Shown here: positions 55,697-64,000 of the stretch, in pieces
Layout of the letters: each line of letters begins with the position of its first letter
Numbering within the stretch: position 1 is the stretch's first letter
Assembly: GCA_964641615.1 (NCBI GenBank)
Contig: CAZXNH010000008.1
Span: 37,717 to 101,716 of the forward strand
DNA from: an uncultured Ectothiorhodospiraceae bacterium
GTDB lineage: Bacteria; Pseudomonadota; Gammaproteobacteria; J044
DNA: 64,000 nt
Direction: 5' to 3'
Notes under the pieces: model-generated
The model's database searches: none
What the model was told of the DNA's origin: nothing
What the model saw: the letters and a program-made list of their open reading frames with translations, nothing else
Program-made: the position numbers and the translations under genes

Positions 55697-56890
55697 TTAA
55701 TCCCAGTTCAGTGCGCCACCAGTCTGATACTCGGTGACTCGCGTTTCGAAGAAGTTTTTCTCCTTACGCATATTGGCCTGTTCATCCAGCCAGGGCAGGG
55801 CATTTTCAGCACCTGGGAAGGGCTCTTCCATTTCGAGGATAGCGGCACGGCGGTTGGCAATGAACTTGAACTGCTCGATATGTTCCTCGGCGGTGTAGCC
55901 GAGGATGGGATCTTTCAGCAGGTACTCGGCATAACCGGTCTCGGCCTGAAGAGATTCATCCCACATCTGGCGAATGGCGGCGGGATCAGGTTGGATATTT
56001 TCTTCACGCATGATCTGCTTGACGACACGCAGGCCGAAGGAGGCATGCATGACCTCGTCGCGCATGATGTACTGCAGCTGCTCAGCGGTACCCTTCATCA
56101 GGCCGCGACGCTGCAGGGCGAAGATGGGCGAGAAGCCGTTGTAGAACCAGGTGCCTTCGAACACGGCCGCGAAAAAGATGTAGGCCATGAGGAAGTTCTG
56201 CAGTTCGTCAGGGTCACGTAGGTCAATGTCAGGGCGCAGGATCGAGTTCAGGCGGCGGTTAGCCATCTGGATCTTGGCATTGATGGCCGGAACTACGCGG
56301 TAGCGGTTATAGATCTCGCCCTGGTCCAGTCCGATGGATTCGATACAGTGCTGGTAGGTCCAGGTATGCAGGGATTCTTCATATACCTGGCGTGCCTGGT
56401 ATATCTGCAGTTCTGGTGCAGACATCTTTTCCATGACAGCCAGGCCGATATTACGCATAGCCAGGATGTCGGAAGTGGTCAGGTAAGACAGAACGTTTTC
56501 GTAGACATGACGTTCTTCCAGGGTCAGCTTGTGATGATAATCATGCAGATCCTGGGTCATGTTGATATCAAGTGGCGTCCAGTGGTTCTTATTGGCATTC
56601 ATGAAGTATTCCCATGCCCAGGGATACTTGAACGGAGCCAGCTGGTTAACGTCGGTCATGCCGTTGATGACACGCTTGTCTTCCGGGTTGACCGGCTTGA
56701 GGTCAGTTACCATCGGCATCTCGGGTGCCGGGGCATAGCTGCTCTCTGCCTTTGCGGCAGGGGCTGCAGGCGCGTCACTGATGGCAGGTGCTTCGTCAGC
56801 CACCACAGGCGCATCTGCCTGAACGGCTGGGGCAGGCTTCTTGTCGGCCTGGGGTACTGGTGCGGTAAGTGGATCGTCCCAGTTCAGCAT
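55697..56890 (-). CDS. nrdB: Class Ia ribonucleotide reductase beta subunit
   Basis: 397 aa with a ferritin-like di-iron core and an Ala/Pro-rich N-terminal extension of about 80 aa. Confidence 0.95.
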   Translation of the reverse strand: MLNWDDPLTAPVPQADKKPAPAVQADAPVVADEAPAISDAPAAPAAKAESSYAPAPEMPMVTDLKPVNPEDKRVINGMTDVNQLAPFKYPWAWEYFMNANKNHWTPLDINMTQDLHDYHHKLTLEERHVYENVLSYLTTSDILAMRNIGLAVMEKMSAPELQIYQARQVYEESLHTWTYQHCIESIGLDQGEIYNRYRVVPAINAKIQMANRRLNSILRPDIDLRDPDELQNFLMAYIFFAAVFEGTWFYNGFSPIFALQRRGLMKGTAEQLQYIMRDEVMHASFGLRVVKQIMREENIQPDPAAIRQMWDESLQAETGYAEYLLKDPILGYTAEEHIEQFKFIANRRAAILEMEEPFPGAENALPWLDEQANMRKEKNFFETRVTEYQTGGALNWD

Positions 56891-57063
56891 TATTGATGTC
56901 TCCTAGGTAGTGAGTTCCTGGAACTCGCTAATGTCTTTTCATTCATTGGAGTCACGTGACGTTGTGACTCATTCTGCAGGCTCTTCAGAAAACTAACCCG
57001 CCTGCGTGCTTGCATCATGCTCTTGCTGAATGATGAGTGTCGCAGACGGGTCATGGCGTTTCC

Positions 57064-59979
57064 TTACTGGCAGGCTTCGCAATCCGGGTCGAGGATTGAA
57101 CAGGCCTTGGGCGCCTCTGCAGCACTGGCGGACAGGCCAACCATGCCGCTGGCATCGGTGCTGCCGGTGCCGGTTGAACTGCTGGTCGATGGACCACTGC
57201 TGGTCTTCTCGACACCGGTCGCACCCATGGAGCGCAGGTAGTAAGTGGTCTTCAGGCCACGTACCCAGGCCAGCTTGTACAGGTTGTCCAGCTTCTTGCC
57301 CGAGGGCTCAGCCATGTACAGGTTCAGCGACTGGGCCTGGTCCAGCCATTTCTGGCGACGAGATGCCGCTTCAACCAGCCAGCGTGCATCCATTTCGAAG
57401 GCCGTGGTGTAGAGGGACTTCAGTTCGTCAGGAATACGGTCGATCTGCTGCAGTGAACCATCGTAGTACTTGAGGTCATTAACCATGACGTCATCCCACA
57501 GGCCGCGGTCTTTCAGGTCCTGAACCATGTAGGGGTTGATGACGGTGAACTCGCCCGACAGGTTCGATTTAACGAACAGGTTCTGGTAGGTCGGTTCGAT
57601 ACTCTGAGAAACACCACAGATGTTCGAGATGGTGGCCGTTGGTGCAATCGCCATGGTGTTGGAGTTACGCATGCCAACTTCCTGAACGCGATCGCGCAGG
57701 CTGTCCCAGTCAAAGGTCTGGCTATCATCGACCTGCAGGTACTGGCCACGGCTTTCGGCCAGCAGCTTCATCGAGTCGATAGGCAGGATGCCCTTGCTCC
57801 ACAGTGAACCATCGAAGGTCTGGTAGGTACCGCGCTCTTCAGCCAGGTCACTGGAGGCCTTGATGGTGTAGTAGGAGATCGCTTCCATGGAACGGTCGGC
57901 AAACTCCAGGGCCTCTTCAGAAGAGTAAGGGATGTGCAACTTGTACAGCGCATCCTGGAAGCCCATCAGGCCCAGGCCCACAGGCCGGTGACGCAGGTTA
58001 GAGCGACGTGCCTGAGGTACCGAGTAGTAGTTGTAGTCGATAACGTTGTCGAGCATGCGCATCGCGGTGTTGATGGTGCGCTCGAGCTTCTCCATGTTCA
58101 GGCCGTTTTCATCGACATGCTGGGTGATATTGACCGAACCCAGGTTACAGACGGCGATTTCCTCATCATTGGTGTTGAGGGTGATCTCGGTACACAGGTT
58201 GGAAGAGTGAACCACGCCGATGTGCTGCTGTGGAGAACGCAGGTTACAGGGATCCTTGAAGGTTACCCATGGGTGACCGGTTTCGAACAGCATGGACAGC
58301 ATCTTGCGCCACATATCGACGGCCTTGAGTGTCTTGCTGACGGTCATTTCACCGCGTTCGGCCTTGGCTTCGTATTCCTCGTAACGCTTCTTGAATTCCA
58401 GGCCGTAGAGGTCATGCAGGTCAGGAGTTTCGTCGGGTGAGAACAGAGTCCAGTTACCGTCTTCGGCAACACGTTGCATGAACAGGTCAGGAATCCAGTT
58501 CGCGGTGTTCATGTCGTGGGTACGACGGCGTTCGTCACCGGTGTTCTTACGCAGCTCGAGGAAGTCTTCCATGTCGACATGCCAGGTCTCGAGGTAGGCA
58601 CAGACCGCGCCCTTACGTTTGCCGCCCTGGTTCACTGCAACGGCAGTATCGTTGGCTACTTTCAGGAAAGGTACTACGCCCTGGGACTGACCATTGGTGC
58701 CCTTGATGTGGGCGCCCATGCCGCGCACGCGGGTCCAGTCATTACCCAGGCCGCCAGCATATTTGGACAGCAGGGCATTGTCCTTGATGGCGCCGTAGAT
58801 GCCGTCGAGGTGATCGGGTACCGAGGTCAGGTAGCAGGAAGACAGCTGGGGACGCAGGGTGCCAGAGTTGAACAGGGTAGGGGTCGAGCTCATGAAGTCG
58901 AAGCTGGACAGCAGGTTGTAGAACTCGATGGCGCGGTTTTCACGATCGATCTCGTTAATCGCCAGGCCCATGGCAACGCGCATGAAGAAGGCCTGTGGCA
59001 GTTCAAAGCGTGTCTTGTTGCTGTGGATGAAATAGCGGTCGTACAGGGTCTGCAGGCCAAGGTAGGTAAACGCCTGATCGCGTTCAGGCTTGATTGCAGC
59101 ACCCAGTTTGTCGAGGTCATAACGGGTCAGTTCGGAGTCGAGCAGCTCGAGGTCGGCTGCCTTGCAGATATAGTTCTTGAAGTACTGGGGATAGCGCTCG
59201 GCCATTTCAGCCTGAGTCGCAGTGACCTGACCGGTGCCGAGGAATGTCAGGGCTTCGCGGCGCAGGGTGTCGAGCAGCATGCGAGCAGCAACGCGGCCGT
59301 AGTTAGGGTCGCGCTCGATCATGACGCGGGTAGTCATGATCAGGGCCTGGCCTACGTCCTTATCGGCGATGCCGTCAAACAGGTTGCGCAGGGCTTCTTT
59401 CAGCACGGCTTCCTGGTCGATGCCTTCCAGGCCATGGGTAGCCTCTTCCACAATGGCTTCGAGGCGCATCATGTCCAGTGGCTGTTTGCTGCCATCTTCC
59501 ATGGTGACGTTCAGGGTTGGATGAACCTTCTTGCCCGCCTTGCCGGCTTTCTTACTTTCTTCCTGGGCGCGCTTTTCGGCCTGCTTTTCGCGGTAGATAA
59601 CATAAGAGCGAACGGCCTTGTGTTCTCCGGCGCGCATCATGGCCAGTTCAACCTGGTCCTGAATGTCTTCGATATGGACGGTGCCACCGTCAGGCAGGCG
59701 GCGGACCAGGGATTGAACGACCTCGTTGGTCAGTTTTTCAACCGTCTCATGAACGCGTGAAGAGGCAGCTGCCGTATTGCCTTCCACGGCCAGAAAAGCC
59801 TTGGTCATGGCAATACTGATCTTGCTTGGGTCAAAGCTGGTGACCTTGCCGTTACGACGCAGTACACGGTACTCACCGTAGGCCGTCGTCTCCGGCATGT
59901 TGCGTTGTTCTGTGGTTTCGCTGGTGACGCTCGTGGCGACTGCGCCCTCAGCAATAGTATTCGTGTTGTCTGTTTGCAT
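57064..59979 (-). CDS. nrdA: Class Ia ribonucleotide reductase alpha subunit with two N-terminal ATP-cone domains
   Basis: 971 aa. Two ATP-cone-like segments before the catalytic barrel. C-terminal Cys pair CSILDPDCEACQ. Same length class as the Pseudomonas-type NrdA. Confidence 0.95.
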   Translation of the reverse strand: MQTDNTNTIAEGAVATSVTSETTEQRNMPETTAYGEYRVLRRNGKVTSFDPSKISIAMTKAFLAVEGNTAAASSRVHETVEKLTNEVVQSLVRRLPDGGTVHIEDIQDQVELAMMRAGEHKAVRSYVIYREKQAEKRAQEESKKAGKAGKKVHPTLNVTMEDGSKQPLDMMRLEAIVEEATHGLEGIDQEAVLKEALRNLFDGIADKDVGQALIMTTRVMIERDPNYGRVAARMLLDTLRREALTFLGTGQVTATQAEMAERYPQYFKNYICKAADLELLDSELTRYDLDKLGAAIKPERDQAFTYLGLQTLYDRYFIHSNKTRFELPQAFFMRVAMGLAINEIDRENRAIEFYNLLSSFDFMSSTPTLFNSGTLRPQLSSCYLTSVPDHLDGIYGAIKDNALLSKYAGGLGNDWTRVRGMGAHIKGTNGQSQGVVPFLKVANDTAVAVNQGGKRKGAVCAYLETWHVDMEDFLELRKNTGDERRRTHDMNTANWIPDLFMQRVAEDGNWTLFSPDETPDLHDLYGLEFKKRYEEYEAKAERGEMTVSKTLKAVDMWRKMLSMLFETGHPWVTFKDPCNLRSPQQHIGVVHSSNLCTEITLNTNDEEIAVCNLGSVNITQHVDENGLNMEKLERTINTAMRMLDNVIDYNYYSVPQARRSNLRHRPVGLGLMGFQDALYKLHIPYSSEEALEFADRSMEAISYYTIKASSDLAEERGTYQTFDGSLWSKGILPIDSMKLLAESRGQYLQVDDSQTFDWDSLRDRVQEVGMRNSNTMAIAPTATISNICGVSQSIEPTYQNLFVKSNLSGEFTVINPYMVQDLKDRGLWDDVMVNDLKYYDGSLQQIDRIPDELKSLYTTAFEMDARWLVEAASRRQKWLDQAQSLNLYMAEPSGKKLDNLYKLAWVRGLKTTYYLRSMGATGVEKTSSGPSTSSSTGTGSTDASGMVGLSASAAEAPKACSILDPDCEACQ

Positions 59980-60077
59980 CTCTCTGGACTCCCTGAACCG
60001 ACCCTGGCCGCGTTACATCTTTATTAAGGTGTTTGGATATCTATCTTATCCCCGGTGTTGCGCCGAGGTTAATGTCG

Positions 60078-60128
60078 AAACACTATAGAGTGTGTTTGCT
60101 GGGGTCGTCAAGCACTATATAGTGTGTA
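60078..60128 (-). promoter_or_regulatory. Tandem NrdR boxes upstream of nrdA
   Basis: Two palindromes, ACACTATAGAGTGT at about 60081-60094 and CACTATATAGTG at about 60114-60125, match the NrdR consensus acaCwAtATaTwGtgt. Centres are about 32 bp apart and lie about 100-150 nt upstream of the nrdA start codon. Confidence 0.7.
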
Positions 60129-60421
60129 TATAGCGGTTGGAAATCTGGGCGTAAGCTGTGGATAAACTGGGTGGAAAAGTACCCCGGGCAGGCTGAAAAG
60201 CAGGTGTGACAAGGCTTTGCGGGGATGCACGAAAACTGTGCACAGATATCCACCGAAAACCATTAATAGGGGAGATAAAAAAGATTCATGGCCACCCTGA
60301 AACAGGGTGTCAGGCATATCAGAAAATCAGCAAGTAATGATGGGGCAGATGACAAGATAACTGATGAGGCAGGTGATACCCCAACTTATCATCTGCCCTT
60401 ATCCGGGGAATAACTCAATAA

Positions 60422-61981
60422 TCAGGCCAGGCGGTCGTCAGCCACGTGGTATTTGGGATCCTCGGTACGGTTGACCTCGACCAGGTTTCCTGCCTGATCC
60501 AGCAGGTCATGGCACTCCTGGCTCAGGTGGCGCAGGTGCAGGGTCTTGCCATATTTCACGTAGCGCTCGGCCAGGGCATCGATGGCCTCGATGCCGGAAT
60601 GGTCGTAAACGCGTGCCTCGGCAAAATCGATAATGACATCTTCAGGGTCTTCCTTTGGGTTGAAGATGTTATTGAAGGTATGGATAGAGCCGAAGAACAG
60701 CGGTCCGCGCAGGCGATAGACCTTGGAACCATTATTATCAATGAAGCTGTCGGCATACATCTGCTTGGCGTGGTTCCAGGCAAACACCAGGGCCGAGACA
60801 ATCACACCCACGATAACTGCGACCGCCAGGTCGAAGAACACGGTAATCACTGCAACCAGGATACCGACGAAGGTATCAGCTACAGGGATTTTACCCAGCA
60901 GGTTGAAACTGGCCCATTCAAAGGTGCCGATGACCACGATGAACATGACGCCCACCAGGGCCGCCACAGGGATCATCTCGATCAGGCCTGAGGCAAACAG
61001 GATAAACGCCAGCAGGGACAGGGCCGCCACAATACCCGACAGTCTGCCACGACCGCCTGACTGGATGTTGATCATACTCTGACCGATCATCGCGCAGCCG
61101 CCCATACCGCCGAAGAAGCCGTTGACCGTGTTGCCAATACCCTGGCCGACACATTCCTTGTTACCGCGACCGCGGGTTTCGGTTAGTTCATCGATCAGGG
61201 TCAGGGTCAGCAGGGATTCGATCAGACCGACACCGGCCAGTACCAGGGCATAGGGCAGGATGATGGTCAGGGTTTCCAGTGTTAGCGGAACGGCGGGGAT
61301 GTGGAAGCTGGGTAATCCGCCTGCCATGGTGGCATCCGGATCACCAGTCATCGCGGCCAGGACATCCTGTACGGTACGCGCACCCAGGTCGGGGAAGAAG
61401 ATCGCGATCAGGGAGACGACGATAATGGCGGCCAGTGAAGAGGGAATGGCAGATGTGAGCTTGGGCAGGAAGTGGATAATCGCCATGGTCAGGGCGATCA
61501 GTCCCAGCATGATCCACAGGGGAGAGCCGCTCATCCAGACCATGTCACCTTCCGGGCCTGGCACCTGGAACTGCTTGAACTGGGCCAGAAGAATGACGAT
61601 CGCCAGGCCATTCACAAAGCCAAGCATGACGGGATAGGGCACCAGGCGAATGAACTTGCCCAGCCTGAATACGCCGGCCAGGATCTGGAATACACCAGCC
61701 AGTGCTACCGCAGCAAACAGGTATTCAACGCCGTGTTCAAGAACCAGGGCTACGACGACGACGGCCATCGAACCGGTGGCACCCGAGATCATGCCGGGTC
61801 GACCGCCCAGCGTCGATGCGATCAGGCCCATCATGAAGGCGGCATAAAGACCAACCAGGGGTTCCACACCTGCGACGAAGGCAAAGGCCACGGCCTCTGG
61901 CACCAGGGCCAGGGCAACGGTCAGGCCCGAAAGTACGTCATTCTTTACGCATTGCTTGCCGGGGCAGGTCAGGTCGAACAT
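60422..61981 (-). CDS. SulP-family anion transporter with a C-terminal STAS domain
   Basis: 519 aa. SulP N-terminal signature [20 protein letters not shown], 10 or more TM helices, and a STAS-like C-terminus. Confidence 0.85.
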   Translation of the reverse strand: MFDLTCPGKQCVKNDVLSGLTVALALVPEAVAFAFVAGVEPLVGLYAAFMMGLIASTLGGRPGMISGATGSMAVVVVALVLEHGVEYLFAAVALAGVFQILAGVFRLGKFIRLVPYPVMLGFVNGLAIVILLAQFKQFQVPGPEGDMVWMSGSPLWIMLGLIALTMAIIHFLPKLTSAIPSSLAAIIVVSLIAIFFPDLGARTVQDVLAAMTGDPDATMAGGLPSFHIPAVPLTLETLTIILPYALVLAGVGLIESLLTLTLIDELTETRGRGNKECVGQGIGNTVNGFFGGMGGCAMIGQSMINIQSGGRGRLSGIVAALSLLAFILFASGLIEMIPVAALVGVMFIVVIGTFEWASFNLLGKIPVADTFVGILVAVITVFFDLAVAVIVGVIVSALVFAWNHAKQMYADSFIDNNGSKVYRLRGPLFFGSIHTFNNIFNPKEDPEDVIIDFAEARVYDHSGIEAIDALAERYVKYGKTLHLRHLSQECHDLLDQAGNLVEVNRTEDPKYHVADDRLA

Positions 61982-62131
61982 AGGGAATCCTTGGGGGTGG
62001 TGCTTGATTGGCCGCGCAATATATCAGGAATGGCTTATTTTCTCTACGAGAGGTGCTGGGCTGGCCCGGGTTTGCGAGGCCATTTAGTAATTGATTCATG
62101 GCCTGGATGGGTGCTTATCTATTGAGGCAGA

Positions 62132-62572
62132 TCAGAAGGTTTGTAGTACGAAATAACTGATCACGACATAACGCATCAGCTTGCCAGCCGTGACCAGAAT
62201 GACAAACCACAACAGACGAATACGCAGGACACCGGCGATGACGGTTAATGGGTCACCAATAATCGGTACCCATGCAAAGAACAGAGAAAACAGGCCGTAT
62301 TTCACAAACCGCTGTTCTGCCCGTACAAACTCTTCATCAGAAATCTTCAGCCACTTCTTAACGGCTGCCTTACTTCCCCAGTAACCCAGCGCGTAATTAA
62401 CAAGTGAGCCTAATACATTCCCCGTGGTGGCAATGGTGATTAAGACTAATGGTGACATGCCAGCTAAAAGTAAGCTGCTTAATACGACTTCCGAGCTTAA
62501 AGGTAATATGGTCGCCGCTAAAAACGCCGATACAAACAGGCCGAAATAACCGAGTTCAGAAAAGTATTCCAC
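62132..62572 (-). CDS. YqaA/DedA-related (VTT domain) small membrane protein
   Basis: 146 aa with 4 predicted TM helices. YqaA-like layout (GYFGLF...TILPLSSEV). Confidence 0.65.
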   Translation of the reverse strand: MEYFSELGYFGLFVSAFLAATILPLSSEVVLSSLLLAGMSPLVLITIATTGNVLGSLVNYALGYWGSKAAVKKWLKISDEEFVRAEQRFVKYGLFSLFFAWVPIIGDPLTVIAGVLRIRLLWFVILVTAGKLMRYVVISYFVLQTF

Positions 62573-62762
62573 GAATGATGAAGGCCTGCGGTTTGTCGTA
62601 GATCAAGAATGGGTGTGAGCAGATTATAAACGCAACGCATTGCTGATTGGATGACACCTTGAGCCTGATAAGAACAGTAGCGATATAGTCAGGCCAAATT
62701 TTCAATTGTGTAGAACGCCTCTCCCGGATTAGGCTAGTTGATACTCCATTTCCGGAATTCCC

Positions 62763-63941
62763 ATGTCCCATACTGCTGAACGTATTAGGGTACTCATCGC
62801 GGGTGTCTGTAGTCTGACCCTGATGATGGGGGTGGCGCGTTTTTCCTATACGCCCATGTTGCCGTTGATGCAGGAGCAGGCGGGTCTGACAGCAGAGCAG
62901 GGTGCCTGGCTGGCCAGTATTAACTATCTGGGATATCTCTGTGGTGTCCTGGTTAGTGCCTCGATATCGGATATGGCATTAAAGGACCGGCTTTATCGCA
63001 TTGGAATAATCATCGCCATCGTCACAACCCTGATGATGGCCATCACCACCGACTGGCGTATCTGGTCCGTTTCACGTTTTCTCGCGGGGCTGAGTAGTGC
63101 GGCCGGACTCATGCTCGGTTCCGGGCTGGTACTTAACTGGTTAATGCGCCATCAGTTCCGTAGTGAGCTGGGTATTCACTTCGCCGGCATAGGTATGGGC
63201 ATTTTTGTCACGACCCTGCTGGTCGAGTTACTCGATCCCGGTTTCAACTGGAGTCAGCAGTGGTACTGGCTGACGGGTATGGGCTTGTTGCTGGCCATAC
63301 CGGCCTGGTTCTGGCTGCCTCGCCCTGCAAACAGTGGAATGACCGTGGGTGGGCAGCCACTGGAAGACAGGCCTCCTACTGCATTATTTCTGCGTATCTT
63401 CATGGCGGCTTATTTTTGCGCGGGTGTCGGCTATGTCGTCAGTGCAACCTTTATCGTAGCCATAGTTGAGCAATTACCCGGCCTGCAGGGTGAGGGAAAT
63501 CTCGCCTTTATGCTGGTCGGCCTGGGGGCGATACCGGCAACCATCTTGTGGGATCGCGTTGCCCGAGTCACGGGAGATCTTAATGCGCTCATCATTGCCT
63601 GCGTTTTACAGATCATTGGCATCGGCCTGCCGCTAATCAGTAATAGCCTGTTTCCTGTGTTGCTCAGTGCATTTCTTTTTGGTGCAACCTTTGTCGGTAT
63701 CGTTAGCCTGGTGCTGACCATGGCGGGGCGTTATTACCCGAGTCGTCCTGCAAGGATGATGGGCAGGATGACGCTTTCCTATAGTGTGGCGCAGATACTC
63801 GCTCCAGCCATTATTGCCGTCATGGTGGGTGAACAGACTGGGTATAGCCAGGGGCTTTACCTTGCTAGTGGGGCGATGGTGATTGGGACAGTTTTGATGA
63901 TTGTTTTGAAGCAGTTAGAAGTGAAAGCTTCTGCTAACTGA
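62763..63941 (+). CDS. MFS transporter (YbfB/YjiJ-like)
   Basis: 392 aa with 12 predicted TM segments in two halves. Confidence 0.8.
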   Translation: MSHTAERIRVLIAGVCSLTLMMGVARFSYTPMLPLMQEQAGLTAEQGAWLASINYLGYLCGVLVSASISDMALKDRLYRIGIIIAIVTTLMMAITTDWRIWSVSRFLAGLSSAAGLMLGSGLVLNWLMRHQFRSELGIHFAGIGMGIFVTTLLVELLDPGFNWSQQWYWLTGMGLLLAIPAWFWLPRPANSGMTVGGQPLEDRPPTALFLRIFMAAYFCAGVGYVVSATFIVAIVEQLPGLQGEGNLAFMLVGLGAIPATILWDRVARVTGDLNALIIACVLQIIGIGLPLISNSLFPVLLSAFLFGATFVGIVSLVLTMAGRYYPSRPARMMGRMTLSYSVAQILAPAIIAVMVGEQTGYSQGLYLASGAMVIGTVLMIVLKQLEVKASAN

Positions 63942-64000
63942 GTAGAGTGTTTCATTAGGGTATGATTTTTCGCCTGCCACTGCGTGTCTTAGGCGAGTAA

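Noticed and set aside
60108-60317. 69-aa minus-strand ORF in the nrdA upstream region
   Set aside because: It lies in a regulatory intergenic region with promoter-like and palindromic sequence, and has no RBS or domain support.

Overview
This 64 kb window looks like core chromosome of a gammaproteobacterium with roughly 50-55% GC. Gene order repeatedly matches Pseudomonas-type synteny: DUF3108-purN-purM-DUF2066-CDP-alcohol phosphatidyltransferase-hda-DUF2069-wrbA-arsC-like; dacA-ybeD-lipB-lipA; leuS-lptE-holA; proA-nadD-rsfS-rlmH; and a class Ia nrdAB with a two-ATP-cone NrdA. About 57 protein-coding genes are supported, nearly all housekeeping. They cover lipoate synthesis, purine synthesis, TldD/PmbA, LeuS, LptE, HolA, ProA, NadD, RlmH, Maf, RNase G, YhdP, ModABC, NrdAB and a SulP transporter. 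I found no tRNA or rRNA genes, CRISPR arrays, IS elements, integrases or prophage-like blocks by eye. I cannot point to a clear defense island or mobile element. The parts least explained by textbook annotation fall into four groups. (1) A minus-strand periplasmic redox cluster (thioredoxin-like, TolC-like outer-membrane factor, a 173-aa mini adaptor, CutA, DsbD), in which DsbD carries a tandemly duplicated N-terminal alpha domain. (2) An orphan GspE/PilB-type secretion ATPase translationally coupled to acylphosphatase just upstream of leuS. (3) A c-di-GMP-rich signalling neighbourhood (three GGDEF or GGDEF/EAL proteins, a Cache-MCP and a two-domain PPK2) around modABC. (4) Envelope-lipid hydrolases (a PLD-family lipoprotein, an EEP-family lipoprotein and PldA). 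Tandem NrdR boxes upstream of nrdA and three clean rho-independent terminators are visible directly in the sequence. Small-motif coordinates may be off by 1-2 nt; CDS coordinates follow the supplied ORF track, which also translates GTG/TTG starts as M.
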